From positions 38,316,001 through 38,380,000 of the forward strand of contig OZ024746.1 in the NCBI GenBank assembly GCA_964016885.1: a DNA stretch of 64,000 bases. The letters are read 5' to 3'. The stretch is from Eledone cirrhosa (taxonomy: Eukaryota). Below are positions 14,370 to 28,389 of this stretch, piece by piece. A program made the translations under genes and the position numbers. Numbering within the stretch: the stretch's first letter is position 1; each line of letters begins with the position of its first letter. The notes beneath the pieces are model-generated. The model had not been told where the DNA came from and did no database searches. It worked only from the letters and a program-made list of their open reading frames with translations.

Positions 14370-15976
14370 TAATCGTATGAGTTTTATGTCGTTAATGAAG
14401 TCCTTTTCTCTTTTTTGAATTATTTTGTATTCTTTCTTTGTTAGTGCGTTGGTTTTCTCTTACTAACGATGTGGTATCTATATTTTTGCATTATATTATT
14501 GTTTTCTTTAACATTCTTTCTTCGAAAAACAAAAGGATAGTATAATATGGAAAAGCATTGCTTAGGTTTTTTTTTTTTAAAACAAAACTATATGAGGAGT
14601 TCTGTTGCATCTTATCGTCGTTATAACAATGAAACAAAAAGCTATACAATATTTCTAGCTATTAATCATTTATTTTATATTTTCATGTTGTTAATATTTT
14701 CCCTCTTTTATAGAGACATGTGATTAAAAGTTTTCAAACCAACAATTATATATATATAAAGGAAACAAATAAACAGCATAGCATGATAAAAATACGTTCG
14801 CGATAAGCGATAACTATAACAATCAAAATAATCGCTTTTTCCTTCTTTCCCTAACATTCACTCGAGGTTAACTTTGGTTTTCATCCTTATTTTCATTCCA
14901 TATTTGGTTAAGAGATATATGCTAAATTTTGGTTAAGAGATATATGCCAAATTTTGAAAAATATTTCATATTTTCACTATTCCGCTGACTGATTTTATTG
15001 GCAGAATGGATCTATATATTTACATGCATGCTCCTCAGTTATTTCCGAAATACGTGTGTGTAAATATGCACAAAGGCACCTAAATATATAGATACAGATA
15101 TAAATCTCTAGGTATGTAAATATGTATGCATATATACAAGTATGTATATATGTCTGGCACCGAACCTGCGACTTCGTTTGCATTCAATGATGTAGGCCAG
15201 TTCTTTTTGGGCAAATGCATCTGATGTTCAGGGAGTGGGACTGGCCCCGTGCAAAGTCTTCCCTCACTTAAAAAAGCTTCAAACACAGACATCGCTTCAT
15301 ATGTGACATTTTTGGCAATGCATTGTATTGCTGGCCACAGGCAAGTCCCTAGCAGAATTACAAGTCTGTGAATGTTGTGCTTAATTATCAAGCGATGGTA
15401 TTAATCGATATCGTGTTGAATCATCATGTATATATGTATGTATAAACGTTTGAGTGTATGTATGCATATATGTTTGTATGGATAGATGTTTACATACATG
15501 CATGCTCCATTGTTTTGCATTGGATTACTATTGTATTAATGTCCTGGATGTCATGTTTGCTGGATAAATATCATTATATGAATTCTTTTCTTTGCTGTTG
15601 TCCGTTATTTTGTTGTGAAGATTTTTTTTTCTGAAGTTTGTATTTCATATTTTAAATTTTTCGTTTTCGTCATATATGTCTCTAGCCCTGTAAACACAAA
15701 TTCATTATATCCGAGTGTGACATTCATTAACGCTGTTTTTTTGTGTGTTTTCTTCTCTTATTTGTCATTGTTTACATTATTGCATTTTCAAGAGCTTTCT
15801 GGTGTGCCTCTCTATTTCATTGTATTTAATGTCCTGTCACTAAATGAAGGTTGCGAAACATCTCAACACTTGAGCATTCTTTACTTGTTGGTGTTTAGGT
15901 CTGTCATCATTCTAGCTGTAACCAGCATCTCTTTACAGATAAGATTACATTATACAACATTATCTAATATGTGATT

Positions 15977-16164
15977 GGGGCGGTGGATTGGCAGTATCGG
16001 TAGAGGGTCGGACTCCATGCTTCGACGCATAGAGTTACGACCCTTGCCATTCTGAGTTCAAATCCCGCCGAGGTTAACTTTGCCTTTCATCCTTACGGGG
16101 TCGATAAAATGAAGTACCAGTAATGCACTGGGTAATTGCTGGCCTTATGCCAAAAGTAGAAACA
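15977..16164 (+). mobile_element. tRNA-derived SINE, full length, 18-bp TSD
   Basis: Matches the family consensus. TSD attatctaatatgtgatt at 15959-15976 and 16165-16182. Confidence 0.92.
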
Positions 16165-16887
16165 ATTATCTAATATGTGATTTGAGAGAAACACTTAGCA
16201 ATCTGTTTAATAGTGTTCTTTCCATTGTTATGTTTTCTGGATGAGTATTTCTTTGGTTTCCTCTTACCTGGCCGGTAGATATTATCAGCAATGGAAAGAC
16301 CACTGAAATCATTGTTTCCTTGTTTAGATATGACGAGATCACCGCTACAGTCGGTAAGCGTATGTGGTATGGAATCTTGTCGATCGACTTCCTTTCCTTT
16401 ACTGTATAAAACAATGTGATCAAAACAATAATAAAATTACGTTGAGGATAATGGATTTCATTAGTATATATCAGTGTTAACATCAATTCTATCCAAGGGG
16501 TCTAGATCAATATCTAAATGAGAGCATGAGGAAATCTCATCTAAACGGTACTGAAATGACATCCTAGTGATTGAATAAAGAACCCGTTTTTTGGTTATGA
16601 AATGTATTGGGGGGAAAGGCCGTGCTTATAGTTTTCGTAGGCTCTCCCAAAGTGGAAAGACCACGGTTGTTAACGTTTTCCTTCAATTACATCACGTCGA
16701 GGCATGCAGAAAAGAAGTTTTTCTACATAATGAATGCTAGCGAGTCGACGTCCGTCTTCTGTATGGATTAGTGAGTGATCTAGGGGTTGTTAGAATATGG
16801 CTGAGTAGAGGAAGAGAGGCACATGATGTTGGAAAACGCGTGTACGGGTGGCATGCGATCAGCCAGCGCCGAGTCGAAATCGCCCCT

Positions 16888-16918
<31 letters not shown>

Positions 16919-16928
16919 CAGCAGCAGC

Positions 16929-17012
<84 letters not shown>

Positions 17013-17070
17013 TGTGTTGGTGGTGGTGATGGTGGTGATGGTGGGGGTGGGGGTGGCTTTGGTGGTGGTG

Positions 17071-17144
<74 letters not shown>

Positions 17145-17160
17145 AGAGTAGTAGTAGTAG
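16888..17160. repeat. Compound (GTA)n/(GCA)n/(GGT)n microsatellite
   Basis: Direct reading. Confidence 0.95.
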
Positions 17161-17463
17161 AAAACATACAGAGTGGAGATAGTGGCTCAGAGCTTCGAGT
17201 GTATGATTGACACCATAGCTATCAATCGAGTGACATTTCTAGCCATGAGTTGAAAGTGTAGATCTAGAAAGTCTCAGATGTAGAAAAACTTATCCTTTGT
17301 AGGTTTCGTCTCCCGCTGAAATTTCTAGAGTTAGCATGATTTGTAAAATGATAGTAATTGTTAGCCCTGAAGATGAAGAATAAAATCTATAACGCAGTCC
17401 TTTTTGTGTTGAGTATGAGTGTTTTCCACGGGATAAGGTGTGGCGTACAATATCTGCCTGACA

Positions 17464-17820
17464 ATTGGCAGTATCGGTAGAGGGTCGGACGCCATGCTTT
17501 GCTGCAAAAAATTACGGCCCTTTATGGTCTGAGTTCAAATTACGCCGAGGTTAACTTTGCCTTTCATCCTTACGGGGTTGATAAAATAAAGTACCAGTAA
17601 TACACTGAGATAATTGCTGGCTTTGTGCCAAAAGTAGAAACAATTATATAGCACCACTATGGCGGTGAATTCGCGCTATTAGTAGAGGGTCGGACGCCAT
17701 AGAGTTGCTGCCCTTTACGATCTTAGTTTACGATCTGAGTCTCGCCGAGGTCGATAAAATAAAGCACCAGTAATGCACTGGGATAATTGCTAGCCTTGTG
17801 CCAAAAGTAGAAACAATTAT
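17464..17820 (+). mobile_element. Two tandem SINE copies (second internally deleted)
   Basis: Family head and 3' end gtgccaaaagtagaaacaattat occur twice (~17464-17648 and ~17661-17820). Confidence 0.87.
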
Positions 17821-17929
17821 ATTGCACCTCTCGAATATATTTAACCTGGGCTTATGCAACACCACATAGCCATCTGAATAACATTTAAACTAGTGCCGTA
17901 AAGTCTATTGAAATATATAATTAAAACAA

Positions 17930-19560
17930 ACTCACCATTAAAGAAAACGAATATGATGCAGCTGGAGCAAAGAATTTAAATCTAATCGTCCAGGGATGAT
18001 CATAGATACAAAGCATTGAATCTAGGATAAATTCGAATAAAATCTAAAGGTAAAAATAGCCCAGATGTAACGCTTTAACAAAACACACCTGGTATCTAAA
18101 GATGATACTGTTTCAAAACTGAAACATATATCAGAAATTGAAATAGAACATTTTAATGAATGAATAAATCATTAAAACAAAAGTAAAGACCACAAAAACA
18201 AATTAATAAAATTTAAAACATTCAGAACGTAAATTGTACAAACAGAAATAACACGTGCTAAATGAATAATATTTATAAAACACGTGACAAATCCAAATTC
18301 TAGAATATCAACAAAATACCGAGGAACAAAACCTGAACCAGTAAAACAGAGAACAAATATAATTAAAAAGAAACAGGAAATTCTAAAGATGAAATTGGTT
18401 CTAAAGATGAAAATAATCAAATGTGCCTCCCAAGAATAAAGTAAATGATTTTTTTAAAGTGTTAACCTATTTAATTAAAACTGAGATAAGAATTAATATC
18501 AACAGTCTCAATAAAATATTACTTCAGCCACCACTGGAGTTAGAAAGGAAAATGTTTCAATCCTATAATCAATGAGCAAAGGAGTATGGTACCCCAAACA
18601 AACAGCATTGGAAGCAGATATGTAGAAAAGGATAGAAAATAAGAGAAAATATTATCTTTCAATCCTTAATATATTCTATAAGAGAACAGTAAAACTGATA
18701 AAAGTGAACGGAAAATGCTAAAGAAATGTACCATTACTCGAAATCAAAGAACGACAGAAACAAGAGATTCTTGCGAAATTGGAAACAATGCATCAAAATA
18801 TATACCTAAAAACAATCTATAAATAAAATAAACAGTATGCAATCAACCTGAAATCCTTTTATCTTGAGTCTGGTAAAAGCAAAATAGAAATCGATGCATT
18901 AGTTATTGCAAGAAGTGGAGGAATATTTTGGTGTTGAGTTAGGCAGCAAACTGACGTTGAAGGGAACAGACTGCAAAAAAATCAACATGAATGAGAATGG
19001 TGTTAAAAACGAACAAGGCATTTGAACAATAGGAAAAGTCCACAACTATCGAAGTAAATCAGACAATGCAAACAGAAAACAACTGGTACCAATAGATAAT
19101 AAGATTCACAGAGAAAAAATAAAGTGGTAAAACAAAAACAACCTGTTTTCAGGAGAGGGGAAGTGATGTTGTAGAAGCTCATAGAGCTCTAAAGAGCAAT
19201 TACTGATCAACAAATCCGTAATCAAAAATGGCGGATGGGGATCAAATATGTAAAGGTGACATGGACTGAATACCAGAACCCTATTCACACTATTCTTCGC
19301 ACGGCGATCCTGGTCACACGAATGATTTGTAAGATGTCACTAATAGTACGATGACATAAGAAACGTCGTCAGTAATTATCTAATAATGTTGTAGATAGAG
19401 TCAAAAGAGAAAAATATGAAAACTAAACCTATCTCCATTAGAACAGATAAATTCTAAGAGGCCTCCCTCTCTCCACTGCTTTCCTGCTGGAACCTGACAC
19501 CATTATGTTAAACAAGACCGGAGTCAGTTATACGTGTTATGATAACGCTCAGTTATACAT
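17930..19560 (+). mobile_element. Heavily decayed R4/Dong-like element
   Basis: Broken frames still give SKEQLLINK (cf. TKDQLLIDK) at ~19190, WTEYQ (cf. WIDYK) at ~19262 and SLSPLL at ~19465, in the expected order. Boundaries approximate. Confidence 0.55.
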
Positions 19561-20439
19561 GAATGTATTGTTGCCGTCTCACTGCTACCATTACTGCGAA
19601 CGTTATTTTTCAATACTCGAGAAAGCATCTAAATATAAGTTTGAAAGCAGACAATGGAGGGATGTTCTAGCCAGATCTCTGTAGGGTTTAAATACACATA
19701 TCTTCGATATCCAAATGGCTAAATGTTACCAGAAGGGCACCCAAGAGTCCTGACGTGGATGCAACCCGGCCTCTTTAAAGTTAAGAGCCAATACTTGCTT
19801 GCAGACTTTCTGTTTTCATCTGGTAACAGAGGTCCCAATAACAAGTTGGGTATATAGCTGCTCCAGTAATACGTTAGCTATAATATTTTGGTTGGACTCT
19901 AAATGATCTAGCATGATTAGGCAGAAATATAAGAAACATATTGGCTGCATTTAGAAATGATGGCCCAAAATATGATATCCAATCTAATCCAAGGCTTTCT
20001 CACTCCTTTCGGGGGAACCCCTCCCTGGTTGGCCTCCAGCGCTTTCTATTTGGTTTTCACATGCTGATTGTGGGTTGTTGAGGCTATTTAAACCCACAGT
20101 TATGGGTGGGTAGCCATTGATCAGATGTTTTCATGGACCTTTGTTAGAGGCCTTGATTTTTGTGCTACCGAAGTTCCACTTACCCTCTCTCCCAGCCCAG
20201 GGTCTGGTGGGGGAGACAGCAGAGTCGCCGGGTTACATGGAACCAGTAGCAGGCAGAGACCTGATATACGAAGATTATATTTGCCAGGGAGATAGAGCCA
20301 TGGAAGTACACAACTATTTTAAAATATCTACCTACTTCATTATTCCAAAGATATCTAGTAAACAATAATTGAAGGCTACTACAAATTCTTATAATATAAC
20401 ATATACAAAGCAAGGACTAAAATGACAGAATTATAAAGA

Positions 20440-21260
20440 AAAACAAAAGAGAAACAACAGAAATTCTAAAAGTCTAGAATTTAAGCTAAAAATTTAGCAA
20501 CAGCTCTGCAAGACTACATTGTTTTGAAACTAACAATGGAAATATATAACACAGGATTGTAAAGAAGTGGATTATATTCAAATGAAAGGAATCCGGATTT
20601 GGACATAGAATAAACGCCTACCCACTGAAAAACATCAAAGCATGTAATGAGGTAGAACACATTAAGTAACAGCAGATGGAGTAGGGACAATTCACCACAC
20701 TGTCTGCAGCTAACCAGTCATATCTAACAGTCATAATAATAAATATATCCACAGATATGACATAGTTACCATTTGCATACACTGGAGATTATGCTAGCAT
20801 TATGAAACAGCAAAATAAAAAAGTGGCATAAGTATATACCTAAACGGCTTCAGAGAAGAATGACAAAATGTCATAATTTGAGATGTAGTGATACTCATAG
20901 AGAGTGAAACCAAGATTAATTGGCGAAATATTGTTACCAAAGACGAATAGGAACCGAAATCCTCCATAATGCTCATATACATCGAAATTGATAACAAGGT
21001 ATCTATTGAGGTAAAGTAAGTTTCGAAATTTAAATATATGGAAATAAATATATAATTTATGCCTTAAAAATGAACAAAAATTGCAGACAAATACGTAAAG
21101 AAAACGGCAGGACATATATGATAATTCTATATTAGAAGTAGTGTTATTAGTCACCACAGATATATCACATAAGGTCCTTTCAATACAATACAAAATATAG
21201 AAAATATAACAACAAAACAAATCACTACACATAGCCAGTATTTATAAAGCCGTAATAGGT
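20440..21260 (+). mobile_element. Decayed LINE AP-endonuclease region (RTE-like)
   Basis: Fragments TALQ (~20500), INAY.PTE (~20610), DVVILI...KI (~20882) and NLCLKN..NT (~21055) follow APE motif order. Many stops. Confidence 0.45.
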
Positions 21261-21290
21261 AGTAGAGTGAATGTTTGCAATAATAATAAT

Positions 21291-22219
21291 AATTGTTTCT
21301 ACTTTTGGTACAAGGCCAGCAATTACCCAGTGCATTACTCGTACTTTATTTTATCGACCCCGTAAGGATGAAAGGCAAAGTTAACCTCGACGGGATTTGA
21401 ACTCAGACCGTAAAGGGTAGTAACTATGCTGAAAAACATGGCGTCCGACTCTCTACCGATACTGCCAATTCACCGCCCTTAATAATAATAATTGTTTCTA
21501 CTTTTGGCACAAGGCCAGCAAATACCCAGTGCATTACTGGTACTTTATTTTATCGACCCCATAAGGATGAAAGACAAAGTTAACCTCGGCGGTATTTGAA
21601 CTCAGATCATAAAGGGAAGTAACTCTATGCTTCAAAGCATAGTGTCCGACCCTCTACCGATACTGCCAATCCACCACCTTTAATAATAATAATGGTTTCT
21701 GATTTAGGCACAAGGCCAGCAATTTTTTTTTATTAAATCGACCCAGTGTATTACTAGTGCTTTATTTTATCGAGTCCGTAAGGATGAAAGGCAGATCTAA
21801 CCACGGCAGTATTTGAACATAAAACGTAAAGGGATGTAACTCTAAACCAGGAAAATAATAATTGTTTCCACTTTTGGCACAAGGCCAGCAAATACCCAGT
21901 GCATTATTGGTACTTTATTTTATCGACCCCGTAGGGATGAAAGGCAAAGTTAACCTCGGCGGGATTTGAACTCAGAATGGAAAGGGCCGTAACTCTAATA
22001 ATAATTGTTTCTACTTTTTGGCACAAGGCCAGCAATTTCCCAGTACATTACTGGTACTTTATTTTATCGACCCCGAAAGGATGAAAGGCAAAGTTAACCT
22101 CGGCAGGATTTGAGGTTAACTTTGCCTCTAATAATTGTTTCTACTTTAGGCACAAGGCCAGCAATTATCCAGTGCATTACTGGTACTTTATTTTATCGAC
22201 CCCGTAAGGATGAAAGGCA
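21291..22219 (-). mobile_element. Head-to-tail array of six SINE copies (two full length, four 5'-truncated or older) separated by short (TAA)n
   Basis: The 3'-end signature (aattgtttctacttttggcacaaggccagc or a close variant) recurs at ~21291, 21490, 21691, 21859, 22003 and 22133. Confidence 0.92.
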
Positions 22220-22739
22220 CTCTAATAATAATGGTAATAATAACGGGTTCATATCCGATACAGCATTTCATCGAAATATCATTTCATCACTTAAGAAAAT
22301 AAAGCTCCGAATCTATGAGAATTATGTGGTTTCTTTTATATTCCTTTACTTATCATTCTTTGTCTTTAGTTATTGTGACTTGATTTATATTTTATTTATC
22401 ATGATATTTCGATATTTTGTATTGCTTATTTCCTCTCCGTTATCAACGATTAAGATTTCGCAAGCAATTTCCTCAGTTGTACTTTTATAATGTTAATATC
22501 AGTATAACATCTACGTATTCATAGAAACGTCTTAGAAACCTATTTTTCAGGTTTCAAATCGCTACTTTTATAGAATTATTTTCTTTTGGTTTTGTTTTAT
22601 TTTTGTTGTTATTGTTTGTTTTAATTTTTTTTTTTTGTAACTTTCGTCATGAAACGCTTTTGATTTCCCAACATCAAATGTATAATTTCCTATTTATTCA
22701 TACCATTCATTTTAAATCATAAAAATAATTAAAGTGATG

Positions 22740-24805
<2,066 letters not shown>

Positions 24806-24810
<5 letters not shown>

Positions 24811-24871
24811 ATTTATTCATCTATCTAAACATATTCGGTGTACACACACAACAAACACACGAACACACATG

Positions 24872-24949
<78 letters not shown>

Positions 24950-25017
24950 CATGTGTGTGTGCGTGTGTTTGTTGTGTGTGTACATCGAATATGTTTAGAT
25001 AGATGAATAAATAGATG
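24806..25017. repeat. Inverted repeat (~70-bp arms) around an (AT)n core
   Basis: atctatttattcatctatctaaacatattcggtgtacacacacaacaaacacac is mirrored by gtgtgtttgttgtgtgtgtacatcgaatatgtttagatagatgaataaatagat. Confidence 0.85.
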
Positions 25018-25086
25018 AACAAGTAGATAGATAGGGTAAAAAGATTGACGGACAGACTGATTGACACATACACACATACATATATA

Positions 25087-25697
25087 CATGGTGGCTGCCA
25101 ACTCGTTTTCGAGTACGGCCACTACTTTATATCCATGTAGGAGAACGCCTACCGATGCACTGAACGAGTGTGACTTTTTAGTCCAGTCAGCGTATTGAAA
25201 ACTCCGGTACAAACACTACACTTGTGACAATTATTGACACATAGTGCTGGGCCCATGGTACAATGTGAGGACAAGTGCAGAGAGATCTCCAGTTATAAAG
25301 CAATGCCTGTGCCGTGAAGCTTTTATAGTGAGCAAAGGCACTGCACAAAGCCAGTCCCACTCTCTTAATCAAGATGATATTTACCAAAAAGAAGAACAAG
25401 TCAACATCATTGGATACCATCAGGGTTGCAGGTCTTATATCAGAGTTTTCCTTCTACTAGAATTCTGCCTTGACAAAGGCTAAGGGGTCATCTCTCCCGG
25501 TGATTTTGGATGGCCATTGACTCTTAAGAGTTCCTTTGCCCTTTGACAAGTTTTGTTTTTAGTCCTGCAGGATGTCCAAAGTCAGCCTCCTCACCAAGAA
25601 ACCTTGGTGGGGTTGCCAGTTTAGTCGCCAACGACCCGACCATGAGACAGGTTGTACTGGGATACATGTTACCAGTAGCACCAACTGGTGACCTGAC
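25087..25697 (-). mobile_element. Non-autonomous, internally deleted RTE-like retroelement (~610 bp), copy A
   Basis: Minus strand has an RTE-type 5' UTR motif (ctagtagaaggaaaactctgat), a short C2H2-like ORF end, a 3' hairpin ctcgaaaacgag and an ATGT-type tail. Confidence 0.72.
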
Positions 25698-25760
25698 ATA
25701 CATACATACATACATACATACATACATACATACATACATACATACATACATACATACATA

Positions 25761-26378
25761 CATGGTGGCTGCAAACTCGTTTTCGAGTACTGCCACTACT
25801 TTATATCCATGTAGGAGAACCCCTACCAATGCGCTGAACGAGTGTGACTTTTTAGTCCAGCCAGCGACTTGAAAACTCTGGTACAAACACTACACCTGTG
25901 ACAATTATTGACACATAGTGCTGGGCCCATGGTACCATGTGACGACAAGTGCAGAGAGATCAGAGATCTCCAGATATAAAGCAATGCCTGTGCCGTGATG
26001 CTTTTATAGTGAGCAAAGACACTGCACAAAGCCAGTCCCACTCTCTTAACCAAGATGATATTTACCAAAAAGAAGAACAAGTCAACATCATTGGATACCA
26101 TCAGGGTTGCAGGTGTTATATCAGAATTTTCCTTCTCCTAGAATTCTGCCTTGACAAAGGCTAAGGGGTCATCTCTCCCAGTGATTTTGGATGGCCATTG
26201 ACTCTTAAGAGCTCCTTTATCCTTTGACAGATTTTGTTTTTAGTCCTGCATGATGTCCAAAGTCACCCTCCTCACCAAGAAACCTTGGTGGGGTTGCCAG
26301 TTTAGTCGCCAACGACCCGATCATGAGACAGGTTGCACTGGGATACATGGTACCAGTAGCACCAACTGGTGACCTGAC
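25761..26378 (-). mobile_element. Non-autonomous RTE-like retroelement, copy B (tandem with copy A)
   Basis: Close paralog of 25087-25697. ORF 25823-26101 ends in CSVCTRVFKSLAGLKSHTRSAH, like the C-terminal finger of RTE ORFs. Motif ctaggagaaggaaaattctgat. (ATGT)n tail at 25698-25763. Confidence 0.75.
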
Positions 26379-27433
26379 ATAGCAGATATACATACAGACA
26401 TACATACCTACCTACAGACATACATACATACATGCATACATACACACACACATACATACATACATACGTAGATACATGCATACATACACATACACATACA
26501 TACAGACATACATACATACCTACAGACATACATACATACATTCATATATACATACTTACATGCATACATACACATATGCATATATACATACAGACATACA
26601 TACATACATACCTACAAACATACATACATATATACATAGAGACATACATGCATATATACATACTTACATACATACATATATGCATATATATATACAGACA
26701 TACAGACATACATACATACATACATACATACATACATACATACCTACAGACATACATACATATATACATACAGACATACATACATAAATATATACAGACA
26801 TACATACATACATACATGCATATATACATACTTACATACATACATACATATATGCATATATACATACATACATACATACATACATACATACATACATACA
26901 TACATACATACATACCTACAGACATACATACCTACATACATACATACCTACATACATACATACAGACATACAGACATAAATACATACAGACATACATACA
27001 TATATACATACAGACATACATATATACATACAAACATACATACATAAATATATACAGACATACATACATACATACATATATACATACAGACATACATGCA
27101 TATATACATACTTACATACATACATAAATGCATATATACCTACAGACATACATACATACATACATACATACATACATACATACATACATACATACAGGCA
27201 TACATACATATATACATACTTACATACAGACATACATACATACAGACATACATACATACATACATATATACATACATACATATATGCATATATACATACA
27301 TACATACAAACATACATACATACCTACAGCCATACATACATACATACATACATACATACCTACATACATACATACATACATACATACATACATACATACA
27401 TACATACATACATACATACATACATACATACAT
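26379..27433. repeat. ~1-kb degenerate (TACA)n tetranucleotide array
   Basis: Direct reading, with recurrent variant units (tacctacagaca, tgcatatatacatact). Confidence 0.95.
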
Positions 27434-28137
27434 AGTTTAAACAGAAATGAGTGCTCCGTTTAGGAAATGTACTCTATGGTGTTTTGTGGGAGAGTATGTT
27501 ATATAGTAAGTTAAGCATATGCCAACTATGGCCGGAAGATAGATTCTTTGCTGTGTTATTCTTTCTGTCTTTTCTATATATGTTGCATAGTTTCTCGTTA
27601 AATTTTGTCTTAATGGATTACGATGGATTATGGCTGGCATTGTTCCGATGGTTGAGTGCATGTGTTTGAGTCATTTAATTTGGGGCTTGGGGCGTTATTT
27701 GCTAAGTTAGTGCATTAATTCGAATTTGAATACGTTACAAGTCAGTAGTCAATAACGTGTCTAGGCTATTAACGATTTGTGTTACTATGCATCATGTTTG
27801 TATAAAAACGAAAACAATACATAATTAAATGGATGTATGCGGTTGCCTCGTCTGAAGACATATAGACTGACGTTTTCAAGGCGGCCATTTCACGATTTAC
27901 TTCCTGTCAGAGAACATAGTTATACAACTAAGTTTACATGCATCGTTTGATAAAGGATAATGGTATTAATACCCTTTGTCAAGAAATATAGGTTCCTTGT
28001 GCTAATCCATTCTTGTGCTTGCTGAGAATCAAACCCATCAAAATTTAGAATAAGTCACATTTACAGAATCGTTTTTACAATACACACGATCCTCAATTTT
28101 GTAGATCTTTCTTATTCCGTTTGCTAGTAGTAGTAAT

Positions 28138-28194
<57 letters not shown>

Positions 28195-28196
28195 AT

Positions 28197-28360
28197 GGTT
28201 CTATTGGCAGTTCTATTGGCAGCAAAGAGTTACGGCCCTTGCCATTCTGAGTTCAAATCCCGCCGAGGTTAACTTTGCATTTCATTCTTACGGGGTCGAT
28301 AAAATAAAGTACCAGTAATGCACTTGGATAATTGCTGGCCTTGTGCGCAAAGTAGAAACA
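28197..28360 (+). mobile_element. SINE with aberrant 5' end (ggttctattggcagttctattggcag)
   Basis: B box, core and 3' end of the family; followed by (ATT)n. Confidence 0.88.
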
Positions 28361-28389
28361 ATTATTATTATTATTATTATTATTATTAT

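Noticed and set aside
14902-14956. Short tandem duplications here and at ~54998-55072 and ~6750-7280
   Set aside because: Ordinary slippage or local duplications without further structure.
15835-15865. Hammerhead-like string ctaaatgaaggttgcgaaac; also CTGATGA hairpin at ~40183-40212 and gaaaaatttgtc in FB3
   Set aside because: Core boxes or stems incomplete; compatible with chance or advanced decay.
15977-16164. SINE heads as tRNA genes
   Set aside because: A and B boxes only, no evident cloverleaf; many dispersed copies with TSDs and ATT tails.
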